NCBI GenBank assembly: GCA_029564175.1
Contig: JAKQQL010000431.1
Coordinates: 1 to 17,379, forward strand
Length of the DNA stretch: 17,379 nt
Source of the DNA: Candidatus Cloacimonadota bacterium
GTDB taxonomy: Bacteria; Cloacimonadota; Cloacimonadia; Cloacimonadales; WRIO01
Reading direction: 5' to 3'
The first letter of the stretch is position 1, and every line of letters begins with the position of its first letter. The notes beneath the pieces were generated by a model. It had not been told where the DNA came from. It saw nothing but the letters and a program-made list of their open reading frames with translations, and searched no databases. The translations under genes were made by a program, and so were the position numbers. This document shows, piece after piece, positions 7,778-15,324 of this stretch.

Positions 7778-8896
7778 TTATATCCCTTTTTCGTAGATTC
7801 GATAGGTTTTATGTACATGAGCCCCTAAATGCTTTGCGATTTTATTCATTTTCATATTATCTTCCAGTACCCATGAGAATTCTCCGGTATTATATCCTTT
7901 TTGTAAGCCTGTTTTCCAGGTATGGTAATAGAAAAGACTGTCAATTCCACGATTTTGATATTCGCTGATGACTCCCATTGTAATGACTCTCAGGCAATGA
8001 ATCTTATTTTTATAATACAAGGCTTTGAAAATGCCAGTCGGTAATATTCTGCCATTCATACGTTTGAGAATCTGGTTATAATCTGGTAAAGCGACCGAGA
8101 AACCGGCAGGTTTCCCCTCAACTTCTGCAATAAAAACTAATTCAGGTATAACAATAGGTAATAATGATTTTACCAGATGATCAAATTCATCTCTGATCAT
8201 TGGTACAAAGCCCCAGTTCTTTTCCCATGCTTTCTGATAAATAGTAAAGACTGTTTCTATCTCTTGTTTCAGATTCTTTTTATCAAGACTTCTGACTGAA
8301 AAAGAAGGCTCTTTGGCAATAATCGCTTCTCCTATTTTCTTTAAAAATTCTGGCATCACATCACTTTGCAACAACCAGGCATAAAGATCTTTCGCTTTTA
8401 AAAATCCTTCATTGATCATCAGTTCATTATAATAACTCATATGATGTGTCATCATCACATAAGGGGAACTGTTAAACCCCTCAATCAGCATACCACATTC
8501 TTCATTGGTTGAAAAGTTAAAGGGTCCTCTAATACTGGTACATCCATGCTCTCTGAGCCAGTCAGCAGCACCTTCAATCAGAATATGCATGACTTCCTGA
8601 TTATTAATACATTCCAAAAATCCAAAAAAACCAACTTTATCCTGATGAAAAGCATTATGTTGTCGATTGGTGTGAGCGCTAATTCTACCAACTGTTCTCT
8701 GACCATCTTTAACTAAGAAAAGCTGAACCTCTGAATGTTTATAATAAGGATTTTTCTCTGGATTAAAAAAATCTGTTTGTTCTTTTATCAGTGGCGCTAC
8801 CCAATAGGGATCATCCTGATAAAGTTGAAATGCGAACATGATAAATTCTTTAATCTCTTTTTTGGATGTTACCTTTTGAAGTTGATAATTTTTCAT
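7778..8896 (-). CDS. Tandem-GNAT N-acyltransferase, YghO/bacterial ceramide synthase (bCerS)-like family
   Basis: Family-typical motifs LYQDDPYWVAPL, KNPYY, VGRISA, GFFGFLE, GPFNFSTNEECGMLIEGF, WEKNWGFVP, ALPDYN, YQNRGI (acyl-CoA-binding QxxGx) and FSWVLEDN. Confidence 0.75.
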   Translation of the reverse strand: MKNYQLQKVTSKKEIKEFIMFAFQLYQDDPYWVAPLIKEQTDFFNPEKNPYYKHSEVQLFLVKDGQRTVGRISAHTNRQHNAFHQDKVGFFGFLECINNQEVMHILIEGAADWLREHGCTSIRGPFNFSTNEECGMLIEGFNSSPYVMMTHHMSYYNELMINEGFLKAKDLYAWLLQSDVMPEFLKKIGEAIIAKEPSFSVRSLDKKNLKQEIETVFTIYQKAWEKNWGFVPMIRDEFDHLVKSLLPIVIPELVFIAEVEGKPAGFSVALPDYNQILKRMNGRILPTGIFKALYYKNKIHCLRVITMGVISEYQNRGIDSLFYYHTWKTGLQKGYNTGEFSWVLEDNMKMNKIAKHLGAHVHKTYRIYEKGI

Positions 8897-9498
8897 AATT
8901 CACCTAAGCGTTTTGAAACGATAAAATTTAAAATACCCATTAAAATTGCTGTTGTTACCATCATGACCATCAGATAATGCTCTGTATTACCAAAAAATGC
9001 AATCAATGGAGGCAACAACACAATTATAAAATTACTGAATCGAATTTGTTTAAATGCCATGATTAATATAAAACTCAATACCAATATCGATATCATTGGT
9101 ATTGGGATGAAATAAAGCATTAAACCTGTATAGTTAAAAATGCCTCTTCCACCTTTAAAACCATGAGTAACTGGCATGGTATGACCAAATATCATAAAAA
9201 AGCCAAAGATAAAGAGGGTGATATCATGTGTTAAGACTTTATCAGAAAACTGCAGATAGTTATGTAAGTGGGATAATACCCATAAATAAGCATAAACTTT
9301 TACAATATCAATAGCCCCAACCATGATGCCAAGCGGTTTACTAATGTTTGAAAAGATATTCTCGGTATCAGCATAACCGGTACCTACTTTATAAATATTC
9401 ATACTACGGAATGTCTTTGCGACAATTCTGGCTGTAGAAAAACATCCTACAAAATAAGACAATACGCTCATTATTGCTATATAAAGGTAAAAATTCAT
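8893..9498 (-). CDS. PlsY-like (glycerol-3-phosphate acyltransferase family) membrane protein with divergent active-site motifs
   Basis: SYFVGCF, DIVK and GHTMP..FKGGRG match the PlsY fold; motifs 1 and 3 are degenerate. AAGGAGGA RBS; ATGA overlap with the GNAT gene. Confidence 0.75.
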   Translation of the reverse strand: MNFYLYIAIMSVLSYFVGCFSTARIVAKTFRSMNIYKVGTGYADTENIFSNISKPLGIMVGAIDIVKVYAYLWVLSHLHNYLQFSDKVLTHDITLFIFGFFMIFGHTMPVTHGFKGGRGIFNYTGLMLYFIPIPMISILVLSFILIMAFKQIRFSNFIIVLLPPLIAFFGNTEHYLMVMMVTTAILMGILNFIVSKRLGEL

Positions 9499-9522
9499 TT
9501 TATCCTCCTTAATATTTTAATT

Positions 9523-9589
9523 TACCGCAAGCTTCCAGCTTGTCTTAATTCCCCTCCGGTGGAGGGGTGGCACGAAGTGACGGGGTGGT
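9523..9589. repeat. Two adjacent REP-like palindromes
   Basis: TACCGCAAGCT-TCC-AGCTTGT (9523-9543); CCCCTCC-GGT-GGAGGGG (9551-9567) followed by CAC-GAA-GTG and CGGGGTGG. Confidence 0.8.
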
Positions 9590-9642
9590 ACGTTGGAAAA
9601 CCTTGCTCTGAATGAACAAACGAAACGCTGTTCCTCTGCAAT

Positions 9643-9753
9643 CTTACTGTAAACTTCCGGCTTGCAGAAAAGTCTTCCAACAAGATATTTATAGTTCAGC
9701 AGGTTCGGATTTACGGCATTCCGCTTCGCTCCATTTCGCAAATCCCTACAAAC
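9643..9753. repeat. Composite REP/MITE-like element, copy 2
   Basis: TACTGTAAACTTCCGGCTTGCA (9645-9666), a degenerate right arm (9677-9697) and the 48-nt hairpin 9706-9753. Colinear with copy 1 apart from about 50 nt missing between the arms. Confidence 0.85.
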
Positions 9754-9848
9754 CGTTATATACATCTGACAGATATTAATAATCTTAATTGAGTATATTC
9801 CTCAGTCTTATCTGAATGACTTTGCTCTACACCCTTAAACAACCACGA

Positions 9849-10550
9849 CTATGCTTTTTGATAATCTCTCTGACCAAACAGTAAGGAGCCAACACGAATC
9901 ATATTGGAGCCTTCTTCGATGGCAATCTCAAAATCTCCGCTCATCCCCATTGATAAATATTTCATTTCCACATGAGGAATATTCATTTCCTTGATTTCTT
10001 CAAACAATCCTCTCAATTGTCTGAAACAACGTCTAATTTCTTGCTCATCTTCTGTGAGTGAACCAATCGTCATCAAGCCTTTTATATGAATATTGGATAA
10101 TAGAGAGATCTCTTTTACTAAACGAATCAATGCATCAGGTTCTACCCCATTTTTTGATACTTCTCCTGAAGTATTGACTTCAATTAAAACATTCTGAAAC
10201 ATTTCCTTTTGAACAAGACTTTGATTTAATTTCTCAGCAGTTGAGAGTTTATCAATGGAATGAATCAGATCTGGTTTTAAAGCCAGCAACTTGTTAATCT
10301 TATTGCTTTGCAGATGACCTATAAAATGAAATTCTCTACCATCTCTGTGAATCAAAGGCATTTTAGTTTCAATTTCCTGTATCTTGTTCTCTGCAAATGC
10401 CTTAATTCCAAAATCCAGACATTCATTAATCTTGTCAGCCGGATGAGTCTTAGAGACTGCCAGTAACAGTACTTCATCTGACTTTCTGCCACACCTTTGG
10501 CAAGCATCATTTATTTGCGTTTGAATTAACTGATAATTTTCTCTAATCAT
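9849..10550 (-). CDS. yggS: PLP homeostasis protein, YggS family
   Basis: LAVSKT (PLP Lys), FAENKIQE, HFIGHLQSNK, EVNTSGEVSKNG, GLMTI, LSMGMSGDF, AIEEGSNMIRVGS. Start set at 10550 (MIRENY) behind an AGGAG RBS. Confidence 0.95.
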   Translation of the reverse strand: MIRENYQLIQTQINDACQRCGRKSDEVLLLAVSKTHPADKINECLDFGIKAFAENKIQEIETKMPLIHRDGREFHFIGHLQSNKINKLLALKPDLIHSIDKLSTAEKLNQSLVQKEMFQNVLIEVNTSGEVSKNGVEPDALIRLVKEISLLSNIHIKGLMTIGSLTEDEQEIRRCFRQLRGLFEEIKEMNIPHVEMKYLSMGMSGDFEIAIEEGSNMIRVGSLLFGQRDYQKA

Positions 10551-10640
10551 TAACAAAACTCCTGTTTTCATAAAATAAAACGCCTTATGCCTGTCAAGCA
10601 AATTTTCATATTTTTCAAAAAACTAAGAAAATGGATATTT

Positions 10641-11186
10641 TCAACACCTAATTCTGTACTTATTGATCTCATTTGTAATCATAAAATGCAATACTCCTGT
10701 ATTATCTTGTCTTTGAGCAACTTGAAAATATTTAAGTTCTTCAGCCATGCTGTGATTCATCTGATGAATATTCGATACTTTTATCAATAAACCAAGTTTG
10801 ACAGCGTTTTTAATACTCATATCTACCAATAGTGTTTTCAAAACGGCGTACAAGCTGTCACCTTCCAGAGAAAATCGCTTAATCAGCGCATGGACAATCA
10901 TCAACATAACGCCATAAGCAGATATTCCTCTTTTTCTGAGCATCACCTTTTTAACTTTATAAGCTTTGGCATAAAGTGCCATATCCCTTTTTGCTTTTGG
11001 GGTTATCTCATTCCACAGCTTACGAACTATCTGATTCACTTCCCGAATATGGATATTTTGCTTCTGAATCTGCCGTTCAACTGGTTTTCGACTGATACAG
11101 ATTTTGCCCTGATTATACCAGGCTAAGCTTAAATCAACTATTTTCTTTGGAAAATCATGTGATTTGCCACTAAAAAACACCTTCAT
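10641..11186 (-). CDS. Basic hypothetical protein
   Basis: 181-aa Lys/Arg-rich ORF preceded by a strong AAGGAGAG RBS. No catalytic motif recognised. Confidence 0.7.
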   Translation of the reverse strand: MKVFFSGKSHDFPKKIVDLSLAWYNQGKICISRKPVERQIQKQNIHIREVNQIVRKLWNEITPKAKRDMALYAKAYKVKKVMLRKRGISAYGVMLMIVHALIKRFSLEGDSLYAVLKTLLVDMSIKNAVKLGLLIKVSNIHQMNHSMAEELKYFQVAQRQDNTGVLHFMITNEINKYRIRC

Positions 11187-11384
11187 TCTCTCTCCTTCTC
11201 TACTTATAGTATAATATATAATACGAAAGAAAGCAAATAAATTCTCATATAATTCTTATATCTCACCTGTAGAAAACATGCGACTCACTTCAAACAGAAC
11301 AGTTTGTTTAAGATTTTGGTGAATAGAAATACAAGGGGAATGAAAGAGGAAACAAACAGGATGCAAGCAGATGATTTATATACT

Positions 11385-11587
11385 AATTCCTCTCCTATGG
11401 AGAGTCTGTGCATTAACTAACATTCCGTAGGAATGACCGATCCCCAGATGCGGAAGTGTCTGGTATATAATGTTTTTCAAAACAAGCACCGTATATTATT
11501 GAAATAAAAACGCTTACGCACCGTGTTAATTATATATCGTTCCTCTGAAACTCTTGTTTTTGCACAGGCCTCCAAAGGAGGGGGATT
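11385..11587. mobile_element. Putative MITE/REP-cluster remnant bounded by imperfect inverted repeats
   Basis: Left AATTCCTCTCCTATGGAGA versus reverse complement of right end AATCCCCCTCCTTTGGAGG (15/19). Internal hairpins CATTCC-GTA-GGAATG (11421-11435) and CCAGATGC-GGAA-GTGTCTGG (11444-11463). Confidence 0.45.
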
Positions 11588-11594
11588 TTTATAT

Positions 11595-12665
11595 TTATTG
11601 TTGTTTGTATGTCAAACCGGCAAACACTTTAAAAATCTGATCATTATATAATCTGCCTGAATTTCTTCTTTCAAATGAATAGTCTGCAGCAATATTAAAG
11701 TCAATTGTCTTGCTGGATTTAATGGTTAATCCGCTGGTAAGACCAAAAATGTTAATAAAAGAGTTATAAATTTCAGTATAACTATGATAAGCGCCTGTTT
11801 GTATATCAATAACAGGATTGATAAAATGATTATATCCAATATTTAACTGATTTACATCTTTTCTATAAGGATCATAAAACTTGCTGTTAAATATTGTTGA
11901 AAACTGTACAACCAGATTATCCTGTCCAAATTTTTGATTGACTCCAAGTGTCAGAATATCAGCCTCCATAGGGCAAAGATTCTCACTTGGATAATAAATC
12001 GTATTAACAATTTTGTAAGAAGCGGACAGTTTTGTTTTTTCATTTATCAGATATGAACTTGAAAACAAAAGAAAATCTCCTGGCATTTCATAAACAACAT
12101 CATCATTGTTATAACCTGTTGTTATAGATCTGGAATAAAAGCTGTTATGATAGGATATACCAAGATTAAACTGTTTCATTAGTGAAAAACCAAAACCACT
12201 AACGAAAGCATTCTTTCCTCCTTTATCGTTAACATCATGGTTAGCATTATAGTTTAAAACTGCAGAATAATCAACAAAAGTATGATAAGCTAGTCCCATA
12301 CCCAATTGCCAGCATTCTGCTTTGACTAAAGGAAATGCTACACCAACACTACTAACTTTCAGATGAGGAGAAATAGTCCCTCTTTTTTTTTCGGATGGTC
12401 CAAAGTCAATATTGCTTGTTGCTACATAATCAAATGAGCCTGTTTTAAATCTCATGTTAAATGAGGCTTCTGTCTGCTCCACTTCGCCAAGTAATGCCGG
12501 ATCATATATTGCAGCTGTTGCAGGTTGGGAAGCGGATAGATAACAATTTCCCATCGCATTTGATTTTGTATCACCAAGATTAATTTTAAAAACTTCATAC
12601 CCATAAAAAGCAGTAAGTGATTTTACCAGTATAATAATTGCTATCAGAATAATATATTTTTTCAT
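11595..12665 (-). CDS. Outer-membrane beta-barrel protein, FadL/OmpP1/PorV-like
   Basis: Signal peptide (MKKYIILIAIIILVKSLTA), AMG...YDPALL hatch-like motif, alternating amphipathic strands, C-terminal VFAGLTY strand. Confidence 0.7.
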   Translation of the reverse strand: MKKYIILIAIIILVKSLTAFYGYEVFKINLGDTKSNAMGNCYLSASQPATAAIYDPALLGEVEQTEASFNMRFKTGSFDYVATSNIDFGPSEKKRGTISPHLKVSSVGVAFPLVKAECWQLGMGLAYHTFVDYSAVLNYNANHDVNDKGGKNAFVSGFGFSLMKQFNLGISYHNSFYSRSITTGYNNDDVVYEMPGDFLLFSSSYLINEKTKLSASYKIVNTIYYPSENLCPMEADILTLGVNQKFGQDNLVVQFSTIFNSKFYDPYRKDVNQLNIGYNHFINPVIDIQTGAYHSYTEIYNSFINIFGLTSGLTIKSSKTIDFNIAADYSFERRNSGRLYNDQIFKVFAGLTYKQQ

Positions 12666-12673
12666 GTGATCTC

Positions 12674-13837
12674 CTAATAACTCAGGCTTAAGCCTAATAA
12701 GTATTTTTGAGTATTGTATTCATAATCGTTAGCACCAAGTTTAAAATCCAGTGTACAAAAATCAGCAGCAAAATCAAGATGAGTGTTTTTAACAAAGTTG
12801 ACCCCCATACCGAAGGTGTAACCAATCTGTCGTTTTACTGATACAAAAGGGATAATTACATCATCATGATATGTGCCGGCTCTGAAAGTAAATTTCTTTG
12901 CTTTACCTTCTGCACCGATTCTGAATTTGTTGCCGTTTATATCAGCTAAGGGAATCCATGAATAATGATTATAACGCAGATAATGAGGCAGTACATACTC
13001 TGCATTCAATTTAAAATAGTCGTTATATAAAGAGATCCCTGCTGCCCATTCTTCAGGCATTAACAAGTGTCCACTGTATTCATTAGTATCACTCCCTGAA
13101 ACTGGTTTTGACTCACTTCTTAAAATGTATTCACTACGGTATGCCATCCCCAGCTCAATATGATTGCCGAGTTGTCCCAACATAGAGAATGTCATATAAT
13201 GAAACTTGTAATCTGTGTTTGATTCTTCCACTTCATCTGCATCATATTCTTTCTGTTGAATGTCATATTTGGAATTTAATCCGATATGATATGATGTACC
13301 AATGGAAAAGCGTTTGTTTGCCTGATAACCAAGACCAAAAGACAGATGATTAAGCCCCCCTTTTTGATCGTAATATTCTTCAAACTGTTCATTTTGATTA
13401 TTCATGATAGTAAAATCAGCTTTTTCTGTTAAGTCAATCTGTTTACGATACCCAAAACCTAAAGTTAACTTACGATTGTCCTTTAATGTAACAGGCAAAG
13501 CAAAGGCTGCATAAGAAAATGAATTGGGTACTTCGGGTTCCATTTGAATCTTCTGAGCGTCAATACTGTTATCTGAATCTGAGTTGATAAACCGGTCATA
13601 CTTTTCTTTTCTGACACTCATAGCAGTTGAAAATTCCCATGAGTTCAAACTGGCAAGGCGTGCCGGATTTCTAAAAAGTGTGCCTGCACCTGTATTGGAG
13701 ATAAAACTACTCTTCCCCATCCCCAAAGAGACCGGATCACATTCATCATCGCAGAATAAAGAAAATGAATAAGCTGAAAGTAAGACTGTTAACGATAAAA
13801 ACATAAATACAAGAAGTGCTCTTCCTGAAACTCTCAT
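12674..13837 (-). CDS. Outer-membrane beta-barrel protein, FadL/OmpP1/PorV-like
   Basis: Signal peptide, LGMG...FRNPARL (NPA motif of the FadL-type hatch), GGLNHLSFGLGY, FRAGTY and C-terminal LLGLSLSY. Confidence 0.75.
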   Translation of the reverse strand: MRVSGRALLVFMFLSLTVLLSAYSFSLFCDDECDPVSLGMGKSSFISNTGAGTLFRNPARLASLNSWEFSTAMSVRKEKYDRFINSDSDNSIDAQKIQMEPEVPNSFSYAAFALPVTLKDNRKLTLGFGYRKQIDLTEKADFTIMNNQNEQFEEYYDQKGGLNHLSFGLGYQANKRFSIGTSYHIGLNSKYDIQQKEYDADEVEESNTDYKFHYMTFSMLGQLGNHIELGMAYRSEYILRSESKPVSGSDTNEYSGHLLMPEEWAAGISLYNDYFKLNAEYVLPHYLRYNHYSWIPLADINGNKFRIGAEGKAKKFTFRAGTYHDDVIIPFVSVKRQIGYTFGMGVNFVKNTHLDFAADFCTLDFKLGANDYEYNTQKYLLGLSLSY

Positions 13838-13969
13838 AAGTTTCTCCTTATCTCGAATTATTACCTTCTAAAAGGTTGTTTGCCAAAATATGCATATTTG
13901 AGTTTTGCTGTCAAGATTATTTTTTATATTTTCTATATTTAATCATAAGCTAAATACCTAAGCTTCTAC

Positions 13970-13998
13970 TTGACAAATATCTAAAGCTGAGTTAGCTT
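13970..13998 (+). promoter_or_regulatory. Putative sigma70 promoter
   Basis: TTGACA (13970-13975), 17-nt spacer, TAGCTT (13993-13998). A divergent TTGACA lies on the minus strand at 13909-13914. Confidence 0.55.
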
Positions 13999-14025
13999 GA
14001 TTTTATGATGATAGTTTATAGAGTG

Positions 14026-14071
14026 ATGCGGAGAATACAGCATTTAATCTCCGGAAAAAATGCGGAGAATA
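14026..14071 (+). promoter_or_regulatory. Putative operator: direct repeat ATGCGGAGAATA x2 with an inverted partial copy between them
   Basis: 14026-14037 and 14060-14071 are identical 12-mers. TAATCTCCG (14045-14053) is an inverted half-site. The second copy ends 1 nt before the Fic-remnant ATG. Confidence 0.55.
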
Positions 14072-14072
14072 A

Positions 14073-14246
14073 ATGTATATATACGAATATCCAGAATGGC
14101 CTCAGTTTGCCTGGAACAACAATGATCTGATCACATTAGTTGCCTCTGTGAAGAATGCTCAGGGGAAACTAATTGGCAAAATGAGTAACCTTGGTTTTGA
14201 GCTGATTACAACAAAGAATGAATTCAATGAATCATATGTAATTTAG
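14073..14246 (+). pseudogene. Truncated Fic-family protein (N-terminal DUF4172 portion only)
   Basis: Own translation, 57 aa: MYIYEYPEWPQFAWNNNDLITLVASVKNAQGKLIGKMSNLGFELITTKNEFNESYVI*. Fits the MYIW..PDWP.F.W...QG.L.G.M..LGF pattern of DUF4172; no Fic motif follows. Confidence 0.75.
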
Positions 14247-14274
14247 AATAGTTTGCACAATGAAAGGGGGCATA

Positions 14275-15144
14275 ATGAAAAATCCAATTCCAAGAGTCGC
14301 AGCCATACATGATCTGTCAGGTTTAGGCAGAGTTTCACTGATGGTTGTCATCCCCATTTTGTCAAACATGGGGATTCAGGTAACCCCTCTCCCCACGGCT
14401 GTTTTATCGGCAAATACTGCCTACAGTGATTTTCTAATGCTGGATTTAACGGATCAAATGAGAACTTTCTTTGAACACTGGAAAAAAGAAAATATTAAGT
14501 TTGATGCGATTTATAGTGGTTTTTTAGGATCTGCTCAGCAAATTAATATTGTGAAAGAAATGATAGACTTTTATAAGAATGAGGATTCGATGGTCATCGT
14601 TGACCCTGTGCTGGGGGATGAAGGAAAAGCATATACACCCATGACCAACGATCTTATCAATCAAATGAAAGACCTGATCTGTAAAGCGGATATTATTACA
14701 CCAAACCTGACTGAAGTCTGTTTGTTACTGGATGAGCCTTATGTGGAATACCCTGGTTTAAATCAGATAAAAGAATGGGCAGTCAGATTATCTGAAAAAG
14801 GACCTTCTCGGGTTATCATTACTAGTGTACATGATCAGCACAACTCTAATCTGACCAGTGTCATAGCTTATACAAAAAAGAATCAGAAGTTCTGGAAAGT
14901 CTCTTGCAGTTATATCCCAGCATCATACCCTGGGACTGGGGATATCTTTACCAGTGTACTGACTGGTAGTCTGTTACAGGGAGACTCTCTACCGATTGCA
15001 ATTGACAGGGCAGTACAGTTTACTTCACAGGCTGTTCGAACTACATTTGGAAGAGATTACAATATCAATGAAGGGGTTTTAATCGAAAGAGTACTTGATT
15101 GCCTTAAATCACCAGTCATGAGTAGCAGTTATGAAATGATTTAA
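14275..15144 (+). CDS. pdxK: Pyridoxal/pyridoxamine kinase (ribokinase fold)
   Basis: AIHDLSGLGRVSL, YSGFLGS, DPVLGDEG, ITPNLTE and YPGTGD anion hole. Start at 14275 behind AAAGGGGG. Confidence 0.9.
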   Translation: MKNPIPRVAAIHDLSGLGRVSLMVVIPILSNMGIQVTPLPTAVLSANTAYSDFLMLDLTDQMRTFFEHWKKENIKFDAIYSGFLGSAQQINIVKEMIDFYKNEDSMVIVDPVLGDEGKAYTPMTNDLINQMKDLICKADIITPNLTEVCLLLDEPYVEYPGLNQIKEWAVRLSEKGPSRVIITSVHDQHNSNLTSVIAYTKKNQKFWKVSCSYIPASYPGTGDIFTSVLTGSLLQGDSLPIAIDRAVQFTSQAVRTTFGRDYNINEGVLIERVLDCLKSPVMSSSYEMI

Positions 15145-15291
15145 AAGAAATTTTCTCAAAGAGAGCAATTTATTTATTGACACAATCAGTTAAAGTAAAA
15201 AGATGGTGATATGATTAATAAAGTGTGTTGGAAATTGAAAAAAGACAGTAAGATTATATGTCCCGACCGAAATCGTCGGGGAAACGATATG

Positions 15292-15324
15292 AAAGCATTT
15301 ATCATTTTGATAGATGCTTTTTTT
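15292..15324 (+). terminator. Intrinsic terminator-like hairpin immediately upstream of the nadC RBS
   Basis: AAAGCATTTATCA-TTT-TGATAGATGCTTT (one G-U pair) running into a T7 tract. Confidence 0.75.

Noticed and set aside
7536..9753. CRISPR array interpretation of the repeats
   Set aside because: Copies are kilobases apart with whole genes between them. There is no regular repeat-spacer period and no cas gene.
10551..10601. Longer yggS start from the ORF track
   Set aside because: The extension covers the RBS and a TTGACA promoter-like element. YggS homology begins at MIRENY.
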